A DNA stretch of 64,000 nucleotides from an uncultured Desulfuromonadales bacterium (GTDB taxonomy: Bacteria > Desulfobacterota > Desulfuromonadia > Desulfuromonadales > Trichloromonadaceae): the NCBI GenBank assembly GCA_945787465.1, contig CALZIZ010000002.1:7908-71907 (forward strand), in the 5' to 3' direction. The position numbers were made by a program, and so were the translations under genes. The notes beneath the pieces are model-generated. The model was not told the origin of the DNA. It did not search any database and saw nothing but the letters and a program-made list of their open reading frames with translations. This document shows, one piece after another, positions 62,678 to 64,000 of this stretch. The stretch's first letter is position 1; every line of letters begins with the position of its first letter.

Positions 62678-62977
62678 TCAGGCTGATGTCCGGGGACGGG
62701 ACTGGCCGCAGGCGGAGCAAAATTTCCAGCTCTGGCCAAGGGCCTGGCCGCAGCGGCAGTGGTTGCGGTAATAACAGCTTAAACGACGGAACTTGAGCAC
62801 CAGAAGCGCGGTGACGGCCAGGGAGATTCCGGCCAGAAGAATAAGCCCCGGCGGGCCGAGAGTAAAAAAGGTGCGACTGCTGCAGCGGCCATCGCAATAT
62901 GACCAGATGTTATAACTGCCCACGCTGACCACCACCATGGCTGCCAGCACCAGGGCGCGAACCAGGTTACGCTTCAC
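62678..62977 (-). CDS. Two-TM membrane protein with a C-terminal zinc ribbon (GTG start)
   Basis: 99 aa with two hydrophobic helices, then CRCG...CSACG. Overlaps the upstream ORF by 11 nt, and AAAGGGGGG lies upstream of the GTG. Confidence 0.5.
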   Translation of the reverse strand: MKRNLVRALVLAAMVVVSVGSYNIWSYCDGRCSSRTFFTLGPPGLILLAGISLAVTALLVLKFRRLSCYYRNHCRCGQALGQSWKFCSACGQSRPRTSA

Positions 62978-63227
62978 GCAGTGCCCCCCTTTGCCGCCCG
63001 CAATGGGGGCAATAACGATGAAAGGATGCCACGCTCTGGCCGCAGTCGGGGCAGACGGCCGTCACCTGGGCTTGGCAGCGGGGGCAGAGCAGCCACTGGC
63101 CTTCGACCTGCTGCCCGCAGCAGGGGCAGGTCCCGGCATCTGCCGGGGCCTGCTCTTCGCCACGCTCCAGCTCGGCAAGAATCCCCATCGCCAGAAAGGC
63201 CAGTATAAGCAAAAAGATCAGGACCAA
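62967..63227 (-). CDS. TM-anchored double zinc-ribbon protein (TTG start)
   Basis: 86 aa with an N-terminal hydrophobic helix and four CxxC motifs (CPCC, CPRC, CPDC, CPHC). Confidence 0.5.
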   Translation of the reverse strand: MVLIFLLILAFLAMGILAELERGEEQAPADAGTCPCCGQQVEGQWLLCPRCQAQVTAVCPDCGQSVASFHRYCPHCGRQRGALREA

Positions 63228-63296
63228 AGCTGTTTATCCTTTAGATAAGCCGGGGATATGGGGCAAGCGTTGGCAACTCGCCTCACTCGTCACGAG

Positions 63297-64000
63297 CTAC
63301 CCGGCCTGTTTAAAGGTGTTGCCTGCTGAGCGCAGATCCTCTGCAACCAGCCCGTCACGCAGCACCAGGGTGCGATGAAAATAATCACGATTTTCCGGGT
63401 TATGGGTGACCATGACAATGGTCAGCCCCTCGGCGTTGAGTTGCTGAAACAGGGCCATGATTTCCGCGGCGGTCGCTGTATCGAGACTGCCGGTGGGCTC
63501 ATCGGCCAGGATCAACGGCGGCCGGTTGACCAGGGCCCGGGCAATGGCCACCCTCTCCTGCTCGCCACCGGAGAGCTGGCTCGGCAGGTGCGATCCACGA
63601 TCAGCCAGGCCGACCCGTTCCAGCTGCTCCATAGCTCGCTGGCGCTTGGAAGCTGATGAATCCTTTTTCACCGCCAGCGGCAGCATGACATTTTCCAGAG
63701 CGGTCAGATAAGGCACCAGGTTGAAGGACTGAAAGACGAAGCCAAGATATTCGCGGCGAAAATCGGCAAGCTTTTCCTGCCCCAGGGCATAAAGGTCGAT
63801 ACCGTCGACCAGCACCTGCCCGGCGGTAGGATGACTCAAACCCCCAAGAATCGAGAGAAAAGTACTCTTTCCCGACCCGGACTGGCCCATCACCCCAAGA
63901 AAGGTCGCCTCGTCCACCGCCAACTCAAGCCCCCTGAGCGCCTCAACACAGTCGGCATTGCTGATGTAATGCTTCTTCAGGTTTGTTATCTCAATAAAAC
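63297..64000 (-). CDS. ABC transporter ATP-binding protein (MacB/LolD/FtsE-like); 5' end a few codons beyond the window edge
   Basis: The frame stays open to nt 64000 ([10 protein letters not shown]...). GQSGSGKST Walker [16 protein letters not shown] signature, [11 protein letters not shown] Walker B. Confidence 0.9.
   Translation of the reverse strand, partial: FIEITNLKKHYISNADCVEALRGLELAVDEATFLGVMGQSGSGKSTFLSILGGLSHPTAGQVLVDGIDLYALGQEKLADFRREYLGFVFQSFNLVPYLTALENVMLPLAVKKDSSASKRQRAMEQLERVGLADRGSHLPSQLSGGEQERVAIARALVNRPPLILADEPTGSLDTATAAEIMALFQQLNAEGLTIVMVTHNPENRDYFHRTLVLRDGLVAEDLRSAGNTFKQAG

Overview
Gene-dense core-genome segment, almost entirely minus-strand. Gene content and order look Desulfuromonadales/Geobacter-like; this is an inference from synteny, since no search was possible. 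From left to right the window holds:
- two c-di-GMP turnover genes (HD-GYP, GGDEF), ygiQ and argC
- rplM-rpsI, a usp gene, an orphan ecfT and truA, then asd
- leuB with its own promoter, and leuA-leuC-leuD behind a Leu (CUC) T-box leader
- psd, then ilvD-ilvB-ilvN
- the tsaB-rseP-dxr-cdsA-uppS-fdx-frr-pyrH-tsf-rpsB block
- lptFG on the plus strand and an IPT/TIG protein
- the methyl-cycle genes ahcY, a SahR-like ArsR-methyltransferase regulator and metK
- EI-HPr plus a complete mannose-family PTS (IIA-IIB-IIC-IID)
- the canonical kdsD-kdsC-lptC-lptA-lptB-rpoN-hpf-ptsN-hprK-rapZ cluster, then kdsA-pyrG-kdsB
- a sulfate-assimilation operon (DUF2061-cysH-cysD-cysNC-sulfite reductase)
- two small membrane zinc-ribbon proteins behind a partial ABC ATPase

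I see no transposase, integrase, CRISPR array, rRNA/tRNA gene or recognisable defence or toxin system, so this is an ordinary housekeeping region.

What the gene calls do not explain:
1. A family of 7-bp-periodic (heptad) repeat blocks lying immediately 3' of several minus-strand genes, including a perfect (CCTTCTA)x14 array and a 23-bp perfect palindrome inside the cys operon.
2. tsf disrupted by an out-of-frame internal deletion.
3. A perfect 15-bp x6 in-frame tandem repeat extending the C-terminus of ribosomal protein S2.
4. A ~166-nt element closed by a perfect 15-bp helix between the two c-di-GMP genes.
5. A 10-bp inverted repeat overlapping the promoter of the T-box leader.
6. An untracked 53-aa 2x[4Fe-4S] ferredoxin gene.

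All functional readings of these are inference.
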